In this document: positions 36,752 through 41,753 of the stretch, one piece after another
Layout of the letters: every line of letters begins with the position of its first letter
Numbering within the stretch: position 1 is the first letter of the stretch
Assembly (NCBI GenBank): GCA_023231475.1
Contig: JALJEE010002408.1
Span: forward strand, 62,001 to 103,753
Source: Seison nebaliae
Taxonomy: Eukaryota
Length of the DNA: 41,753 nt
Direction of reading: 5' to 3'
Notes under the pieces: model-generated
The model's input: the letters and a program-made list of their open reading frames with translations, nothing else
What the model was told of the DNA's origin: nothing
The model's database searches: none
Made by a program: the position numbers and the translations under genes

Positions 36752-38677
36752 TGTTTTAAAAAAAGAAAAATTTGACAGGAGAAAATTTTCAGAAAAGTTA
36801 TAGACAAGGAAGCACAATGAATTATATATGGACGAGAAGGATTAATTGTTATAATTAGAATGTAAATAGAAATCGAACAAATGCAATTTTATGGGAATCA
36901 ACGGAAAGAAGATGAATAGTAGGGAAATATTTAAACCTTTCTCCAGGTGATTTGTGGTGCCACTTTCTAATCGATCACCATCCCCTTTGTCTTTCAGCGC
37001 TTTCTCCAACTTCTTCAAATTTTTTACCTTTTTCACTGAACTGAAATAATCAAAATAATTAATAAATTGTAGTTGATGATGACATGATGGAACCTCATGA
37101 TTATTAACACCCTACCGATTATATCCTTGCTACTTTTCTAATGACATGCGACATACGAGATTTTATTCTAATTCTTTTTTGTTTATATTTTTTTCATTTA
37201 ACAATAACTTTCATCTGATATGTTTTCGTTGCCTTGACGACACACGAATAAAACTTCTCTTTCATACACATAGCCGATGTTAATAGATCTCTGAGAATTG
37301 AGTGAAATTGAGTGGCAAATTTGATAAATTCACTTTAAGCTATTATATAATTAACTCCGTTGTAGAATGTGATTGTATGTGTGTGCTATTAGTGAAGTTA
37401 TCACAGCATTTACTGCCTAATTGTCATTTAAACTTTTGTAACAGTTACTGCAGGCACGTTCAAAATATACTTCATTTAAGTTCATATGAAAATTTCTCAA
37501 ACGAATAGGCACGTTCCTTTAAAACTAAATCGCCATTATGATTGTTCATTAAAAAAGATTTATTTCTTTAACATTTATCTTAATGATAAGCAACCTTATC
37601 TAATGATAATAATATCTCCATATAAAAGGTTATGAAATCGTTTCTAAAAGACAACCTTACAAACATCTCGGTGATTCCATTCGATTGAAGTTTATTTGTA
37701 TGTTACCAATTTTTGGAATGTTCATATAATTGGACAAATAAAAATGAAATATAGTTCCACAACGACGGAAATGTTAGAATTGGTTCAACAAGAACTTTAA
37801 ATGTGGAAACATAAACGTCTTAAATGTGTAATAAAGATCCCTCCTTATCCGACTGCAAAAGCTGCAGGTTTTTTTTTGTGATTTATGAATGGAATTTAAT
37901 GAACTGTGAAATGGATAAATTTCCATTTAATTTATTGTCTAACCTTTTCATTTGTTAACGTCTTCTTGTTTTCGAAATTGAATTATTCCTATCGAATATG
38001 TAAATCGAATTACAATTAATGTTTCGGAATGTGTCGAATTACCTTTCAGGCTAGAAAAGGAGGAGGATATACAGTTAATTTTATTCTTAGTCGATGCTAA
38101 GAAAGTTTCTAATAAAAATATGCTGTTGGCATTATTAAAAGGTATATGTCCTCTTTTTAGGTTGTTTGCTGACGCAACTTATGTTTACATATCACGTCTT
38201 CCGATCCTATAGAAAGAGAGGAATTAATTGATTCGATCAAAATCATTCTACACATTTTATTTTCCTACTTATCTGATTAATAAACAAAATTGTTGTGAAA
38301 TTATTCAGTAAGTGAAATTCAACTTTACCACTTAAAAAAGTTAATAATTTCATATAGCAAGATGCCTTGAACTAATTTCCAACGACTAACGTCGTGAATT
38401 TTTAATTTTTATTTATCAACTACCCTAGAGGGATTTACATTTACCACAAAAAAAAAAAATAATTTCCAATAATTCAATTAGAATTTCGATTTTGTTTTTC
38501 AAAAATTAAACTTTTGAGCAGAATTTCATGAAAAATAAGTAGAATTTCAATATTCCTATCATTTATACTGCGAAGAACTATAACTAAATTTAGTATAGGA
38601 AATTTTGAAGAAATTATATATTCATTTTATGTTTAAACATTTTATCAAACATTTTATAATTCGTTCAGTAGTTCTAA

Positions 38678-39256
38678 CTAAATGTTGCGTTGCAACAATC
38701 TTTCTGGGGTTCTGAAATCCAATGGAAGTTGATCTTCCGTATAATTGATATCCGTGAAATATATTCTTCTCAATCGACAATTGGCATGGATTTTGATATT
38801 ATATGTTTCGATGTATCGAGTACCGTATGCACGTCGAGTTAAATCGCATAAATCGAATTGAAGCTTATTCCAACCTGGATCCAGTCTCATCGGAATATTA
38901 CAAATGAATTCACTCACTTTCGTGCAACGTTGGAATGTGGACGCTTTGAATCGCCGTCGAATATCTTTACTATCAACGATAGTTATTTCGAAAGTAAAAT
39001 ATTTATTAAGATTCTTTACAATCATTGAAAAATGTGGCAATTTGATAGCTAAAGATGTCTTGGCACAGCGAGGCGTGCTAATATATGTTGTACTCACATT
39101 GGTACTGCATATTTCTATAACTAATGACTGTAAGTCATTATCAGTAATTCGCTTTACGTAACCATCTCTTACGCACGTTGCCCAGATATGTAAAGGTTTA
39201 CTACCAACTGAATACAAAATAGACAGACAGCCAGATTGGAATGTATTCGCAAACAT
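38678..39256 (-). CDS. CFAP20: Cilia- and flagella-associated protein 20 (BUG22) family, divergent, intronless
   Basis: [82 protein letters not shown]. Confidence 0.92.
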   Translation of the reverse strand: MFANTFQSGCLSILYSVGSKPLHIWATCVRDGYVKRITDNDLQSLVIEICSTNVSTTYISTPRCAKTSLAIKLPHFSMIVKNLNKYFTFEITIVDSKDIRRRFKASTFQRCTKVSEFICNIPMRLDPGWNKLQFDLCDLTRRAYGTRYIETYNIKIHANCRLRRIYFTDINYTEDQLPLDFRTPERLLQRNI

Positions 39257-41614
39257 TTCACAATTACTTATTTGAGTAGATTTACCTAAATATTTTGTTT
39301 TCGGTTTGGTTTATCAATGAATAATGCGCGTTTAATTTTTGCGCTTTATTAATAACCGTTAAAGAGTACATATAAAACATACCAAATACTTATGCAGTAT
39401 TAGTTCATTTTACACACTTGCACTCTCTACAAATGCAGTCTACGATTCTTATGATAAATAAATTTCAGAATTTTTCTAATAATATTTTTTTCTATTTTAA
39501 AATTTTTCATCTCGACCATCAAAGTTATTTGCTGACATAAGCTCATGCCCATACACTATCTTATTCGACAATTGCTCAAATTTTTTAAAATTATTCAGAA
39601 ATGTGATTACTTGGAAAAGTTAAAAATTAGTGTGAAAATTTTAGATATCTGTTCTAGTATAATAAATATTATTGTGATTAAGATGTTTCGCAAAAAATAC
39701 TTCACAAATTGGGATTGTACTTCAATAAATAATAAATTTAACAAAGTGAATTAACGTGATGGTTATTTTGTTGCAAAATAATTTGAATGATACTACAGAA
39801 AATTCAGAGGCTCAATACATTTATGGTAGTTGCATATTAAATGATAAGGTCATCCTCATCGATCTGGTTAATCGATCGAACTTTAATAAGTACTAGTATA
39901 TTATAGTTAGTCCTAATTTAAAAGAACATTAAAATAAGGGGTAATCTTATTAAAGTTAAAATTTAAAATTTAATATTATCTATTTAAAGTTTTTAAAAGG
40001 ATTTATTTGATTTATAAATCTGTTTTTTGTTGTTTTCGGTTGAAAACAAAGAAATAATCGAGAATACTTTCAAGAGGAAAATAATCGACAATAAATAAGA
40101 TACTAATCTTTTAAAGGATTAATCGGAAAATAAATTTAAAGAATTTAACGAATAACAAAAGTAAATTTGACTAAGAAATTAGGAGTTATGCTTCATTGGT
40201 ATAATATTAATTACAACACATCGTATTAAATTTGACATTTATTATTTTGATCATTCTTCATCTACATCTTAACCATCAAATATTCATCGGCTAAATCGTT
40301 CTAATTTAATAAGTTTGTTTAATACATATAATCATCAACAGTTTTAACTTCTTTTATCTCTTTAAGAGATGAAACGAACAAGAAAGAACTTTATATATAT
40401 TGGTTATGTTTAATTTTTGTTTAAGATAATCATTTTATATCTAAACAATTTAAGAAATAACTTATCAAACTTTTTAAAACATAGAATTAATCACATACTA
40501 TTGACGAATGAGAATTATAAAATACATTTTAGTATAACTTTCCCCATTAGAATACCGGTTTAATATTTTGTTCTCTTAATCTTCGTACTAATTTTAAAAT
40601 GTAACAACTTAACTTCTTCGAAAGTTGAGAAACTTCATATATTAAAGTTCCATATGTTTGTGGTATTAACTATGCAATATTGTTCATCATATTTTCCGAA
40701 AAAATAGTTTTATTTTCAAAACTTTCTGTTTTATTTTTTCACTTCAGTTATAAAAGTCAAATTTAGAATCACTGTTGGTTATTTTTGTATTATGGTTACG
40801 TTTTAAAGTCAAAAACGGAAAGTTTCCAATCGTGATTTGAAAGAAGATGAAACACAAAACCGAGATGAATAAATAGTTTTCTTCTTAATCGATAAGGTTA
40901 TCTTGTAGCAATAAGCTATAAATGACTATCGATGATCATATCTTTGTATGAAATAAATATTTCGATACGGCTTTCCGACTATGGATAGTTCTGAACCTGA
41001 ATTGCGTATCTCCATTGTCATATTGGTTATAGAGATATTTAATTGTAATTGTTAACAATTGACAACTATATCCATTGAATTCATATGTCCATATAGAGCT
41101 TCGTTTTACATGTATACAAAACGAAGGAACATATGTTTTCTCCTTTTATATACATAAAGTTAATGTAAGTTCATCAAACGCGACAAATATATTAAATTAA
41201 TTAATTTTCTTTTTAGAATTTCCGTTATGCTATAAGAATAAATATCAACAAACTACTTACCGAATATATATCTGAAGAGAGAATATGTATGTCGGTTTTT
41301 ATTAACCAAATCATTTAACCGTAATTTATTATTATAATAGAATAGTAGTCAAAATAGTAGGATAAGAATTTTATTTCTAAATTTTTCACATAAATCTAAT
41401 GATATTCCTCAAACAAATATTTCAATTTGATATTCGTAATCGTAAAATTCTATCTACGCACATCTCGTCTTCTTGCTCGACCGGAATTCCCTCGATCAAG
41501 TACGATTTTTTGTTGACACCGAGGAAGACAATAATTTTTTCTCCCTTTTTCCATGTTTATCCCGACGGGAATTCTAACTAATAAATAATAATAATCATTA
41601 TTATTATTATCATA

Positions 41615-41658
41615 TACCGTCGTGTGGGGCAATTTAGGAAAGTGGGGCACATTGGGAA
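41615..41658 (+). mobile_element. Possible left terminus of a TA-flanked DNA transposon/MITE
   Basis: TA|CCGT start followed by two imperfect GTGGGGCA....GGAA direct repeats at 18-bp spacing, GC-rich against the background; partner end not in the window. Confidence 0.3.
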
Positions 41659-41753
41659 GAAACTTTTAAAACTTGTATTTAATGGGATTTTTTAAAGTCA
41701 ATACCTATATAAATATATATCATTAGATAGCCCATTAAAAGTTCTACAGGTTA

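Noticed and set aside
36842..38200. Small ORFs and a GCAG|GTTTTT donor-like site near 37868
   Set aside because: Could not be joined into a coherent reading frame or matched to a family.
41253..41262. TACTTACC resembling the U1 snRNA 5' end
   Set aside because: No U1 stem-loops or Sm site follow; no snRNA, tRNA or rRNA gene was recognised anywhere in the window.

Overview
AT-rich, very gene-dense eukaryotic DNA, almost certainly from a compact invertebrate genome (egghead, myosin essential light chain, CBM14, STARD3, LRRC71, HD-PTP); the species cannot be fixed from sequence alone. About 20 protein-coding genes lie in the first 39 kb: two tandem trypsin-like proteases, a chitin-binding protein, an HHxxxD acyltransferase, UMP-CMP kinase, egghead, mannose-6-phosphate isomerase, RanBP9/10, FATP, RPS14, myosin light chain, an HD-PTP-like Bro1 protein, ELMOD3, STARD3, LRRC71, a CFAP20-like gene and four orphans. 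Many ORF-track entries are exon fragments. Splicing them by hand gave 43 short GT-AG introns (37 are 42-63 nt) that restore full reading frames. The main result is that all 43 donors have a pyrimidine at +3 (41 GTT, 2 GTC, no GTA/GTG), while textbook GTAAGT/GTGAGT-type motifs sit apparently unused inside exons, suggesting a spliceosome with rewired 5' splice-site recognition. Also seen: frequent AAG acceptors, three convergent gene pairs with overlapping coding ends, and a possible DNA-transposon end at the right edge. All gene models are manual and lack transcript support.
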